A model generated the notes under the pieces. The model made no database searches. It had not been told where the DNA came from and saw only the letters and a program-made list of their open reading frames with translations. Source: Macrostomum lignano (lineage: Eukaryota). Taken from it: 53,734 nucleotides of DNA. The position numbers were made by a program, and so were the translations under genes. Each line of letters opens with the position of its first letter. The first letter of the stretch is position 1. Below are positions 12,148 to 23,957 of the stretch, piece after piece. The stretch lies in NCBI GenBank assembly GCA_002269645.1, contig NIVC01000123.1, forward strand, positions 1 to 53,734, written 5' to 3'.

Positions 12148-13887
12148 TGCTAGGTTACAATTAGAAGTTTGAAACGGAGCTATTGACTTGCAGGCCACAG
12201 CGAATTATTCTATTTTTTCAGTTTCTCGCATGCGTATATCAGACAACATTTATCCGCTTTGGGATGTACGCAAATCTCTTTTCGCTACCATGGAAACTGA
12301 GGACCATGCAAAAAATAAAGGCTTCCTTCCCACTGCTATTTCTATTGGTTTGCGGTGAATAAATAAGTAGATATTTCTCTGACTTGCTGAACCCTTCTTC
12401 CCGCAAGGTACTGTACATGGGTCACGGAGTTGTATTGACATTGTACATGTGTTGCGACGAATTTTCTCATTAAAATTTTGTGGCTAAAAGCAATATAATT
12501 CCGCTTGAGGCTGATCTGCGTTAAAAATTTGAGTTGGGGTTGCACTCTCTACCAATAATTTTTTTCATTGGAGCAGTTAATACTCCATCATTTTACAGAG
12601 CATTTATATACTGAATTGTAGGCTATCAGATATTTTATTCTCCCAGGATAGAGTATATGCTTGAGCAATTAAAATGCATCTGCTGTCTGTTTTTTTCTCG
12701 CTAGTATTGCATATTAGAGTCGTTAGTAATGCAGCTGTCATCTGTCACAACTGAAAAATGTAAAATGTATAGCTGCAGTTTTGCCTCTGTAGCATATGGT
12801 CCAAAATCGGTGGTATCATACTCAAGGTCAGCTCAATACTCACCCCGGGGGTGAGGCCCCAGGTGGCAGGTGGCACCGAAAGCTCCGTGGATCTGCACTA
12901 GAGTCACGAAAGCTTTGCGGGCTTAGTTTGGACATGTGGGGGTCCAGCGCAACCTAATGGTCAATGGTGACGCCCAGACATCTGGTTTGTTTCTCTATGT
13001 CAACGGGTTTGCCTCAGATGGAGAGCGGTTCCATCCTGCAGTATCATTAGCTGGTGAGCATGATAGCCACGGTTTAGACTCGAACAGGGAGCGTGAGACC
13101 GCAGCTGAGTGCTCAGCGTTCGGCAAGGTGGATGAGGCGTCCAAGAACCGAGGGTGATGGTCCACGTGTAGCCGATTTCCTGAACCGGATCCGGAAGCGG
13201 GCTGCTGAGCAACTCGTTCATGACCAAGTTCCAGAGAATCGGGCTGAAGGGCCAGATTTGGCTTTCCTGGTTTCAAATTTTAAGTCGCGTCTTGATAAGC
13301 GGCCAGCTCAGCTAGGTCGAGAGACATTCCAAAAATTTTTTTCTCATTTCTGGACTGCATGCATGCTACTGGGAGTAGAACCTTTGCAGATTTTGAGATC
13401 AGGACGACTGCAACTATTCTGGAATATCATTGCAAGTATTTGACAATTTGCAGTCAAGCCATCGATGAAAACAAATGTTTCTATTTGTTTAAGTTTTCTA
13501 AATCGAAAGTGCACTGCTGGATAAAAAGCACAAGCGATATTAGTGATAAACAGGAATATTGGCAACATCAGCAACTCGTTTGCTAGGAGCTAAATCCTTT
13601 TTCAATTCGGATTGGAAATGTGTATTCTTCGGAAACAGAAAAGGTTTTCTGCACACAAAATGTGTCAAACATTTTTCAGAAAAAGTTCCAATTTGTCGAA
13701 ATGGTGGAATTACGAAGTACTTATATCAATAATTGCCTACTCGGAATGTCAACTACTCGTAGTTCAGCTCAGCGAAAAGTTTGATTACTTAATTAAAGTT
13801 TAGCTCAAAGTCTGAATTCGTATCGTAATCGATCATTGCCTTGTCACTTACTCGCTCATTAATACACTCACTGAATCACTCAACCAG

Positions 13888-14285
13888 TCAAGGAAGTAAT
13901 TCCCGTATGCCTCGAACTCGCACAGCGTGAGAGCATCGCTACGGCGACTCTGGACTCGAATGCTGATCCGGCCATCTGGCAGGTGAAGTTGCCAACAGAG
14001 AATGGCACCGACACGTTGACACTGCGGCATGGACGCCGTCCACAAGCAGCTCAAAGTTGTTCAACCGATTTGAGGCTTTCTGCCTGTTGTAGATGACAAC
14101 GTGAGAAACAATGGACTGTCGCAGAAGCTGGGCCTCCCACCACTGGTTCGGGATTCCTCCATCAGTATGGGTGCATGAACCAGAGCTCCATGCTTGGTTG
14201 GTGTTGTTATCGATAGCTCTGGTGCAGACGCCGCCGAAAGCAACGGAACTCTGAGTGCAGCTCGTCAAGCTCAGCTTCTGTTCGT
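13888..14285 (-). pseudogene. PAN/F-type lectin paralog D, exon 2, disrupted
   Basis: Acceptor TTTTGCAG ending 14286. B-like sequence with at least three 1-nt deletions relative to B, and RQDCCAER replaced by RQKASNR. Confidence 0.78.
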
Positions 14286-14947
14286 CTGCAAAAGGATGGC
14301 ATCATATAAATTGAAGAGCACTGCACCGATTACATATTTCATGCCTAGCCAGCAAGGCCAAAACCCAAGCAAAACATTGGACTTCTAAACCAGAATACAT
14401 GTATATCTGGAGCAGCAGAGGCTACAGTTTATAGTCTTAACCCCGGGGTTTTTGCGCTGCGGCCAGGCGGCTGAAGTGGCCCATCTAGGTATACAATATA
14501 TGTGCTTCCTGCTGGATTTTGCGGACAGGACCACAGATATTGCCTTTGTCATGCTATTTGGAGCAGTGGACATCCAAAACGAGACCCTTTATAGAGTTTT
14601 ATGGCCAAGCGTTGGAGTCAAGGACAACTTAATCACTCAGAAGACTCGCAATTCATTGTTTAGCAATTTGACGATCATTATTCACATTTTTAATGCAGAA
14701 CAATCCATTACTACAAACAATGCATTGTCTGTAGGATCGTCAAACAGAAAAACAATGGATGAGGCTCGTTCAAAAACATTTTTCTATGGCCAAGCCTAAG
14801 ATAAGGCTAACCACGAATGTAGCATGCAACATGTACCACAGACACAAACTATCACTGACTACAAGGTAGAAACTATCCAAGTAATGTTTTTTCGAGGATT
14901 AAGTTATTAATAGCTGGCCTCTAGCGTCTGTAGTTTCCCGTCCCTAG

Positions 14948-15250
14948 TATAGCTTTTTGCGATTGAATTCAGCCAAACTGTAAAAGCTTTCAGCCAATGG
15001 AGATTTTGTCTTCACTTCGGTGGCTTCTACCATAGACTATTTAGGACACACCGGCTAGCTTTCCCGCTCCTGTAAATGATTTCAGCCAAACTGAAAAACC
15101 TTTCAGCCAAGACTTTCAGTCAGTGCTTTTCTCACGCAGCTAACCGGTGTGTCCTAAATAGTCTATGGTAGAAACAGCTGAAGTGAAGGCAAAATCTCCA
15201 TTGGCTGAAAGGTTTTACAATTTGGCTGAATTCAATCGCAAAAAGCTATA
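14948..15250. mobile_element. MITE with ~113-bp terminal inverted repeats and TA ends
   Basis: 14948-15060 is the reverse complement of about 15138-15250 with few mismatches; no coding capacity. Confidence 0.8.
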
Positions 15251-15681
15251 TTGAATACTCCATGGTTTGAGTTGACTCTGGAAGGTAAGTCATTAGACAA
15301 CTTAATTTATCATGCTGTTATGGAATCATGGGCCAGTAGAGAAGGAACGACTTGAGCTTTTATTTACATAAAAACAGGGCAATAATAAATTATATTTTCA
15401 AGTCAAAAATTGAAAGCCTCAAAATTTACAAAATTTCTACTCTTTAAACTGATGTCGCTGCAAACACAATCCAAACAATCGGTTGCAGCGCATCTCTAGC
15501 CAGCACAATTGTTAGCAGTGATTGCCCTGCCAACAGGTTCAGTGACGCCTCTCTCTCGAGTAACATGAATCTCAACTGCTCAAGTGTCACTCCTTTTACT
15601 GAAGAGATGTCGAACTTTTCTGGAGAGAAGCAATGGTCAGAGCATTTGACAATTGCCGTTTCTTAGTTGGCGAAATATACT

Positions 15682-16170
15682 ATGTGTACCTCAGGACTAC
15701 TCGGGTCTTTAATGACCATCAATACATTGGATGTCGCCGATCGCAATACCTCGGTTCAATAGATTCGTGACAACAGTGTTAGCACAGACGCAATGATTTG
15801 TGTACTTGCGTGATGGATTCACCCTCCCAGAAATCCAAGCCATCATGCCGTTCAGGGTGATAATACCTAGAACTTGCGTTATACTTTACCACTGCTCCAA
15901 AGAGAATTTTGCTTCACGAGACGAGACAACAAGCTTAAATAATGGCGCATCGCAGCTAAAGGCATACATCTTAATCTGCTTTCCGGTACATGGGTTGTTA
16001 CCGTTGGTTTACTTCTCTTTACCTGACATGACCAAGTCGACGCAGTCCGTCCGAACCTCCTCGGAAAAAACAATAGCGTCCTTCATCATCTGGTGGAGCC
16101 ACTCACGCCCTCTAAATCCAGAATGCGTACATAAAGTGGAGAAAACTTCGTCGTGTAGTTTCACAAGCGT
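15682..16170 (-). mobile_element. Degenerate tyrosine recombinase (Crypton-like transposon relic)
   Basis: Manual minus-strand translation across stops and frameshifts gives GFRGREWLHQMMK, LGIITLNGMMAWIS...KYTNHCVCANTVVT, and GH(K)DPSS(L)RY, matching the R / HxxR / H / Y layout of tyrosine recombinases. Confidence 0.62.
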
Positions 16171-16631
16171 AGTTCAATCATAATACGCTCCGAGCTTCAT
16201 AGCAACCTAGCTCTTCAGTGATTGCCTGAAAAAGCCGCTTTGCTTACCAATGCATTGCATCTGTTTCGTTTCACGGATGCGATAAGAGCAGCTTTATAGG
16301 TTTTTTCAAACTTCTGAAATACGACATTGACAATCACTTCCTAATTCCTCACTTCTTTGAAGTGACGGTGTAGGCTGGTAAGAAAGCCGTCTGCTCTAGG
16401 CAAGGATGCAAACCACATGCGCATATACTCTATAAGGTACCTGCGCGGCATGCTGCCAATACAATCAGGAAGATTCTCCGAGCGTAAAAATGTCATCTGT
16501 GGGCAATTCTCATAGATCCTTGGCGTTTACTACCCGGGAACTCAAGTACTGTGCCCGTTGAAGACAATTGCATACGCTACTGAGGGGCTGAGATCCATTT
16601 AGGTCAGTGATGAGCACAAGCCGACACTTAC

Positions 16632-16945
16632 CGATATCAACCACAAAGATTTCAAACTGAAGCTCGGACACGTCGGCTGTCCACGAGCTCTTCCAGTAGA
16701 AGGCGGTCGCGTTGAACAGTCCGCAGGGTCCCGCCTTGTTCTGCACCCGAGTAGAATCCGAAGCACTCGGCTATTTGAGAGCACAGCTGAGAGCAGTGAC
16801 GCTGGTTGAAGCTGTGCGCGACTTCAAACGCGACTGGGAGAGTTCGGTTGAGTTCGGCACCGAGCTGCAGCTCGAATCTGGCCGCGCTGCTCACCAGAGC
16901 AGAAGACATGAGCACTGCCGATAGGAAGCTGAAAATCCGGCTCAT
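16632..16945 (-). pseudogene. PAN/F-type lectin paralog D, exon 1, with a +1 frameshift near 16747-16749
   Basis: ATG at 16945, donor GTAAGT at 16631, length 314 vs expected 313 (TACTCGGGTGCAG vs TACTCGGTGCAG). Confidence 0.78.
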
Positions 16946-17304
16946 TGCTAGGTTACAATTAGAAGTTTGAGACAGCTATTGACTTGCAGATGAGAACGAA
17001 TTCTTTTTTGCAGTTTTCTCACATGCGTATATCAGACAACATTTATCCGTTTTTCGTTACCATGGAAACGGAGGACCAAATAATAAAGGCTTCCTTCCCA
17101 CTGCTATTTTTATTGGTTTGTGGTGACCAACCAAGTAGATATTTCTCTGACTTGCTGAGCCCTTCTTCCCGCAAGGTAACTGTACATGCGTCACGGAGTT
17201 GTATTGACATTGTACATGTGTCGAGAAAGGGTCGCTTATGGCTATAAATTTTTTGTGGAGAGAAAGTGCTTGCAATGAATTTGCCAATTAAAATTTTATT
17301 CAGC

Positions 17305-17493
17305 NNNNNNNNNNNNNNNNNNNNNNNNNNNNNNNNNNNNNNNNNNNNNNNNNNNNNNNNNNNNNNNNNNNNNNNNNNNNNNNNNNNNNNNNNNNNNNNN
17401 NNNNNNNNNNNNNNNNNNNNNNNNNNNNNNNNNNNNNNNNNNNNNNNNNNNNNNNNNNNNNNNNNNNNNNNNNNNNNNNNNNNNNNNNNNNNN
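17305..17493. other. Assembly gap (189 N)
   Basis: Run of N. Confidence 1.
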
Positions 17494-18796
17494 TGGTGAT
17501 AAATGCATATCCATAGTCTGGATCATGGCAGGCATATACGCTGGAATGAAAATTCTAGTTTTTTTTATTTTACTTTTTTATTTCAATTTTACAAATCAAT
17601 TTGAAATTTAGGTTAAAATAGTTTTTTAGCAATTATTTTAGTCCTAATGTTCTGTCAAGTTAAGATAAAAATATTTAAGGACATAACTACTTTTTTAAGT
17701 GAAGGGTTTCTAAGAAATAAACATGAAAATTAAATCTAACCCTTAATCTAACCTGTAATTTTCATTTTACATTAGTACAAGTATAAGCTTTTGAAAAGTT
17801 CTATTTTTGACAAAATAAAAAAGTGTAAAAGTGATTGGCATGTTTCTGAAAAAGTCCTTTTGCTTTGAAAAGAAATCTTAAAATAAGAAAATATGTGCTA
17901 TTTCTTGGAAACAACTTACTTTAACAAAATAAAGACTTCCTTTTTGAAACTGGCCTATTTAAACAAGGTATCAAATTATGAGAGACTTATTTAGAGTATT
18001 TATTTCAGCCTCAATATGAAATTATATACACATTATATTGTCACTAAGGTGGGCCTAACTTGTTACCAAAATGGATGTCACCAAAGTGACTGTCACCAAA
18101 GTAACTATAAATTTGTTCAAACTGGACAGGTGAAATAGCCACTAGCCAAGGTAATTTGCCAAATTAAAAAATGCAAAAAACAAAAAATTGGAGGAAGAAA
18201 GAAAGGAGAGGAAAAGAAAGAGAAAAGAAAAAAAGAAAAGAGAGAGAGAGGAAAAAGAGGAAAGAGAAAGAGAAAGAAAAGAAAAAAGAAAAAGACAAGA
18301 AAAGTCATATACAAAGTGAAAATTAGGTTGCAATCAATGGAACTAAGTCACAATCAAGAGGAACTAAGTTGCAATTAGGAGGAACTAAGTTGCAATTGGG
18401 AAGAACTAAGTCGCAAATCTAGACAAAACTAAGTTGTACCAGATGGGTAAAATTTTGAGGTTGGGCATGTATGATTATGTTAAAGCATACTAAATGTTGC
18501 TCTGGTCTCTTGGCGCTTCTTTGCCAGCGCTTCTCTGGCATTGTCCTATGCTTGCCATAAAGATAATCCTTTAGCTACTACAATTCTACAAAGACTAAGT
18601 TATTGCATGCCAAACTAAGTTATTTCTTGTCATAGATTTTTATCAATTATCAAATATACAGCTTCAAGTAGTTGGCAAATTATATTTGGATACATTGCTC
18701 ACTTTAGATAGTACCAATAAAACCTCATCTTGGTATAATCTAAATTGTTAAGTAAATCAGCTCAACTATAAGAAACTAGCAGAATTGTCATATGTA

Positions 18797-20182
18797 TGAG
18801 GGTTGTTTTGAAAGTTTGCAATCAAACATTTTTAACATTAATGGATTGAAAAATGTAATGCTACTCTTCCTGCTTCTCAATATAGGCACCCTTGAGACTT
18901 ATGCATTTGTGCCATCTCTTACGCAACTTCACAATGCTGGCAGCATAGAAATTGGCAGGTGACCTGCTGACTTACTAGCTGATAGCCAATGCCAGGGTCT
19001 GTAGAGAGCTATACTCTGGGTTTTTTAGGGTTGGAAATCTAGTTACCAGCTGGCCCTTGGGGCTCAAAATCCAGTTGCCAATGGCTATTTTTGGTTGCCC
19101 ATTAGCAATTAGCCACATTCTTGAGGATAGATATTTCCAAGGCTCATTAAACATGTTTGCACTGTATGACTATGGGAATGAGACTGTATGGGACTTGTGA
19201 TTGACTTGTTATTCCAAATGGTAGCTATTGTTGCCTGGCTGGTATGCAGCCTAGCATTGTCATGCTGAAGCAAGATGCCACAACTCAGCTTGCCATGTTG
19301 CTAAGCCTTGATAGCTTTATGCAACTTCTGCAAGACTTGGATTTGGACTTGGACTTGGTACTCACTGTTGATTGTGGCACCATTGGGAAGCCATTCAATG
19401 AGCAGAATGCCCTCCTTGTCCCAGATGACAGTGGCCATTTGCTTGCAGCTAAAGGTGCAGTCAAGGCCTTGACAGGTGTGGGCTCTTGGCTAGCCTTCCA
19501 CACACTGCTCTGTATCTTGGGGCTCTGGCGCACTATAATGGAACCAGGATTCATCCCTAGTCATAATCCAATCCAAAAAGTTGAGATCACTGATTCACTG
19601 CGATATGACTGGAGGAGCTGCTGATACACCTGGACCTGCTCTTGCTGCTGTCAGAATTTTTGGGACCCAACAAGCAACAATACGCAACATATTGAGCTCA
19701 ACCATCATCATTGAGTGAATGGCCATTGATGAGATGCCAGTAATGGTTGACAACTCTCCCACTGTGGCTTGGCAGTCAACATCCAGAGCACAACACACAA
19801 GCTTGATATTTGACCTGTTGACTGTGGTGGCAGGCCAGCTACTCCATAGAAGGTCATCGACCATCACTTGTTAACCATGGTTTTTTATGGTACATATTTA
19901 ACATATGTTGCTTGCACCTTGCAAAGAATTTTCACTTGTTGCTTCCCTTGCTTTCACAAAAGCTAAATGACACCCTGCTTTGCTTCTTTATTATTCAGCA
20001 TAGTGAAAAAAATTAGTATGACTAAAAACACTGCAAAAAGGAAATGCCTGGCTTAAACAAGACCACTCTAGCTTTAAAAAATTCAACATATGATATTTGT
20101 CTATGGTATAAAGTTTCAAGACAAAGTAGTGACTCAAAAAAAGATATGCATGTTTTATCGCGGACTTTCTGAACAACCCTCA
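18797..20182 (-). mobile_element. Full-length decayed mariner (Tc1/mariner) DNA transposon
   Basis: TIRs TGAGGGTTGTTTTGAAAGT / TGAGGGTTGTTCAGAAAGT (17 of 19 match) flanked by TA on both sides. Transposase remnants WVPKILT, IMTRDESW, LLQHDNARLHT, RWHKCISLKGAYIEK. Confidence 0.9.
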
Positions 20183-20467
20183 TATATATCTTTGTGTTAA
20201 AGTGTTATACTATTGAAATGTTAAATCCATATGCTTTAGGGTATTATTTTAAGGTTAGTAGAGTCTTTTGGGTAATGGGTAAGCATTTTCTATGCCATGA
20301 TTAACAGTTTCAAAGTTTTTATTAATTTAAATTTGACTAGGCCTAAAAATATTTTGAACAGTTTGTTGTTTTTATTGCAAACAAACTAAATGCTAAATAA
20401 GATTTATACAACTATCAACAATTTTTTATCGACTTGAATAACTTCATGATTTCTGTTATACCTTAGT

Positions 20468-20593
20468 ATGGCAGAAGATAAAAGTCGAAAAGGAGAGATC
20501 GATTCTCCAATCAGAGACATGATTGATGAGATCAACATAGATCCAAAGCTGTCAACAACTAGCTCATGTTCTGGTAGAATTGTAGTCTACCAG
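20468..20593 (+). CDS. TYW3: tRNA wybutosine-synthesizing protein 3, first identified coding exon
   Basis: DKSRKGEIDSPI...TTSSCSGRI motifs; phase-0 donor GTATGT at 20594. An upstream exon is possible (AG acceptor at 20465-20466). Confidence 0.88.
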
Positions 20594-20690
20594 GTATGTC
20601 TATTAGCTTTTAAAGAGTGTTTTCTTTGTTTTCAATATCCTAGATTTAAAACCTTGAATATTCTTGATTATCAACTTAAAATTGTTTTAG

Positions 20691-20870
20691 AAGCTTGAAA
20701 ATATTAGGAAGACCAACTGCAACTGGCTGCTGGTGCTTCATGAGCCAATTAACCTGGAACAGTTGCAGGACAGCTTGAGAAATGTCACAACTGGTGGCAT
20801 CGTCTTTGCAAAGTTTGAGCCCTTCATTCTGCATTGTCAATGCGCTGATATGGAAACGGCTAGGTGTCTG
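20691..20870 (+). CDS. TYW3: TYW3 exon 2
   Basis: TTTTAG acceptor, NCNWLLVLHE...KFEPFILHCQC, phase-0 donor at 20871. Confidence 0.88.
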
Positions 20871-20999
20871 GTAAAGCTTGTTTTTACTTTGTCATATTAC
20901 CCTTTTCAGAACTTTTTTGGCTTCTGATCCTAGACTCCCTTAGCCAGCCTCTAACGCCCAGATCCCGAGTTGCTGCGCCACCCAGAGTGTCAGTTGATG

Positions 21000-21780
21000 G
21001 GCCAGCTTCCCAGATCCTCAGTTACAGGGCCAGCCTCCCAGATCCTCAGTTGCTGGGCCAGCCTCCCAGATCCTCAGTTGCTGGGCCAGCCTCCCAGATC
21101 CTCAGTTGCAGGGCCACCCTCAGCTTCCTAGATCCTAAGTTGCAGGGTTACCCTCAGCTTGACAGATCCTCAGTTGCAGGGCCACCCTCAGATTCCCAGA
21201 TCCTCAGTCGCTGGGCCACCCTCAGCTTCCTAGATCCTCATTTGCAGGGCCACCCTCAGCTTCTCAGATCCTCAGTTGCAGGGCCACCCTCAGCTTCTCA
21301 GATCCTCAGTTGCAGGGCCAGCCTCCCAGATCCTCAGTTGCTGGCCCAGCCTCCCAGATCCTCAGTTGCTGAGCCACCCTCAGCATCTCAGATCCTCAGT
21401 TGCTGAGCCACCCTCAGCATCTCAGATCCTCAGTTGCAGGGCCAGCCTCCCAGATTCTCAGCTGCTGAGCCACCCTCAGCATCTCAGATCCTCAGTTGCA
21501 GGGCCACCATCGGCTTCCCAGATCCTTAGTTGCAGTGCCACCATCCTTCCCAGATCCTCATTTGCAGCCTCCTCAGTTGCTGGCCACCCTCAGCATCTCA
21601 GATCCTCAGTTGCAGGGCCACCCTCAGCTTCCCAGATCCTCAGTTGCTGGGCCACCCTCAGCATCTCAGATCCTCAGTTGCAGGGCCACCCTCAGCCTCC
21701 CAGATCCTCAGTTGCTGGGCCACCCTCAGCTTCCCAGATCCTCAGTTGCTGGGCCACCCTCAGCTTCCCAGATCCTCAAT
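21000..21780. repeat. Minisatellite in TYW3 intron 2 (composite units based on CCAGATCCTCAGTTGC/GCCACCCTCAGC)
   Basis: Directly visible tandem units; explains the overlapping repetitive ORFs. Confidence 0.92.
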
Positions 21781-21809
21781 CTTTCAAGCAATTCATGTTG
21801 ATTTTGCAG

Positions 21810-21881
21810 TTGATCTGCGGTCTGAACAGTGGTTTTCGTGAATCAGGAATCGTTGTGGGCAAAAATGACAGATTTACAGTG
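21810..21881 (+). CDS. TYW3: TYW3 exon 3
   Basis: TTTTGCAG acceptor, SGFRESGI motif, donor GTAAGC at 21882. Confidence 0.9.
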
Positions 21882-21980
21882 GTAAGCAGGTTTTTATCTA
21901 CAAATAAAAAAGTTACGCATTGCAGTTATTCATGTAAATGTATGCCTCGTTTACATATATTTGTCTGTCCAATTTTCTAG

Positions 21981-22052
21981 GCAATCAGATCTTCACAAAT
22001 TATGGAAGTGCCACTCACCAACAATAGCGGCAAAGTAATTGTTCCTGATGAG
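21981..22052 (+). CDS. TYW3: TYW3 exon 4
   Basis: TTTTCTAG acceptor, AIRSSQIMEVPL motif, donor GTATGA at 22053. Confidence 0.88.
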
Positions 22053-22216
22053 GTATGAAACTCAGCTATTTGGGTTAAAATGTTTTAACGGGTAAAAATT
22101 TTGAAACTGAACATTTGAATGTCAAGAAGTCGCGTTGCTGAATACGATGACTGACTAAGTATTTGAATTGATCTGTTTATAGGAAAGACGTTTTTGCTAA
22201 AATTGATCACACATAC

Positions 22217-22825
22217 TGTCCTAACCCGGGTCGGTTTGGGTGCCCAGTCTCGAGTACGATATAATATACGTAATATAACAGGCGTAGTGACGCTCTCTCT
22301 GTACTTTTATGGATACGAGCAGGCGTGACGACGCTCTGCGATAATAGGTCAATCTTTCTAGTGTTGTGACACTCAGAGTTCACGCTGCGGCTCGAGGTGT
22401 GATGGTACACTCTCGAGTGCTTCTAGTTTCGATACTGTTCTGTAGGTTGTACACACTAAATAGAGTAACCGATACAGTACTACAATAAGTACTACAAAAG
22501 TACGCAGGGCGTGGGCAAAACGCAGAGTCACGCAATAAATACCCCAAACCGTGGGGCAGACGGCCCCACCGGCTAAGCAACTACCAAAGAAAAGTGACTG
22601 GCCGCGCCGGCCAGCCAATCAAAACCCCGCCTAGGGGAGGGGCCGCACCCGCGCCAAAGCTGGCTTGGCCGCAGCCAACCAGCCCTGAGCACGGGGCAGG
22701 GGCACGGCTGGGAGGGGCACGCGCAAAGCCCGGCCGCCGGCCAGACCCTGCCACGCCCGCCAACCCCCCTAGCCAGCCCCAAAGTGCAACGCGCCCTGCC
22801 AACCGACAAGGGCGCATGCACTACA
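22217..22825. mobile_element. Solo LTR in TYW3 intron 4
   Basis: 609 bp bounded by TGT...ACA with a 4-bp target site duplication ATAC (22213-22216, 22826-22829). GC-rich half with CCAAT and GC-box-like motifs. Confidence 0.75.
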
Positions 22826-22984
22826 ATACCGACAAACTATTCTTAGTATAGTTAATATAGGAAGACTAGCAATCTAAATTTCTCAATCCCGTTGAGAAAG
22901 CAACAAAGAACGATTAATCCTAACTCTCCCTTTGATGCTTGGCCTACCAAGAACTCCCATTTGACCCTTAAAATCTGAGCAACC

Positions 22985-23640
22985 ACCATGAGCCACAGCA
23001 TTTCGATTTCAGCAATTCCCCCCTATGAGCCATGGCATCTCAGCAATTCCCCCTATGAGCCATGACGTCTCAGCAATTCCCTCTATGAGCCATGACATCT
23101 CAACAATTCCCCCTTTGAGCCATGACATGTCAGCAATTCCCCCTATGAGCCATGACGTCTCAATAATTTCCCCTATGAGCCATGACATCTCAGCAATTTC
23201 CCTATGAACCATGAAATCTCAGCAATTCCCCTATGAACCATGACATCTCAGCAATTCCCCTATGAGCCATGACATCTCAGCAATTTCCCTATGAACCATG
23301 AAATCTCAGCAATTCCCCTATGAACCATGACATCTCAGCAATTCCCCTATGAGCCATGACATCTCAACAATTCCCCCTTTGAGCCATGACATGTCAGCAA
23401 TTCCCCTATGAGCCATGACGTCTCAATAATTTCCCCTATGAGCCATGACATCTCAGCAATTTCCCTATGAACCATGAAATCTCAGCAATTCCCCTATGAG
23501 CCATGACATCTCAGCAATTCCCCTATGAGCCATGACATCTCAGCAATTCCCCTATGAAGCATGACATCTCAGCAATTCCCCTATGAGCCATGACATCTCA
23601 GCAATTCCCCTACGAGCCATGACATCTCAGCAATTCCCCG
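22985..23640. repeat. ~29-30 bp minisatellite (AGCAATTCCCCTATGAGCCATGACATCTC) in TYW3 intron 4
   Basis: Directly visible tandem units. Confidence 0.93.
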
Positions 23641-23825
23641 AGCCATCGTATATGCCTGAGAAGATTGTACCACAGCGTTGCCACTTGTCATTGGGTCATC
23701 GGGCGGGTAGGGTGGGTTGTTTATACTGTAGATGGCTAGGTGCAGCAATCCTGTCTGTTAAAAAAGCTAGTGATAAGTAATTAAGAATATACTTATTAAT
23801 TTATTACTATCTTCATTCATTCCAG

Positions 23826-23957
23826 TACCTAGACCAGCTAGTCAGCCTGCTCAACCAGCGCATGCAAGTCACAGCGGAGCGTCGCGACAAATTTCTAACT
23901 GAATTTCGCAATCGTTTTCGAAGCTCAAAAGAACAGCTTGAATACTCTGTTCAGTGA
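23826..23957 (+). CDS. TYW3: TYW3 terminal exon (spliced product 193 aa from ATG 20468)
   Basis: TTCCAG acceptor, phase 0, YLDQLVSLLNQRM...RRDKF resembles the TYW3 C-terminal helix, TGA at 23955-23957. Confidence 0.8.
   Translation, partial: YLDQLVSLLNQRMQVTAERRDKFLTEFRNRFRSSKEQLEYSVQ

Noticed and set aside
12995-13276. Possible hAT dimerisation motif (SAAVSRSLF)
   Set aside because: Too weak; no other hAT motifs or TIRs found.
17266-17535. ORFs spanning the N run
   Set aside because: Artefacts of the assembly gap.
18480-18570. Short coding-like patch (minus strand AREALAKKRQETRATF), considered as a missing exon
   Set aside because: Wrong strand for TYW3, with no recognisable motif or clear splice sites.
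19244-19624. 126-aa + strand ORF
   Set aside because: Antisense shadow of the mariner transposase.
20864-21980. Proline/serine-rich ORFs
   Set aside because: Produced by the TYW3 intron-2 minisatellite; only 21810-21881 is a real exon.
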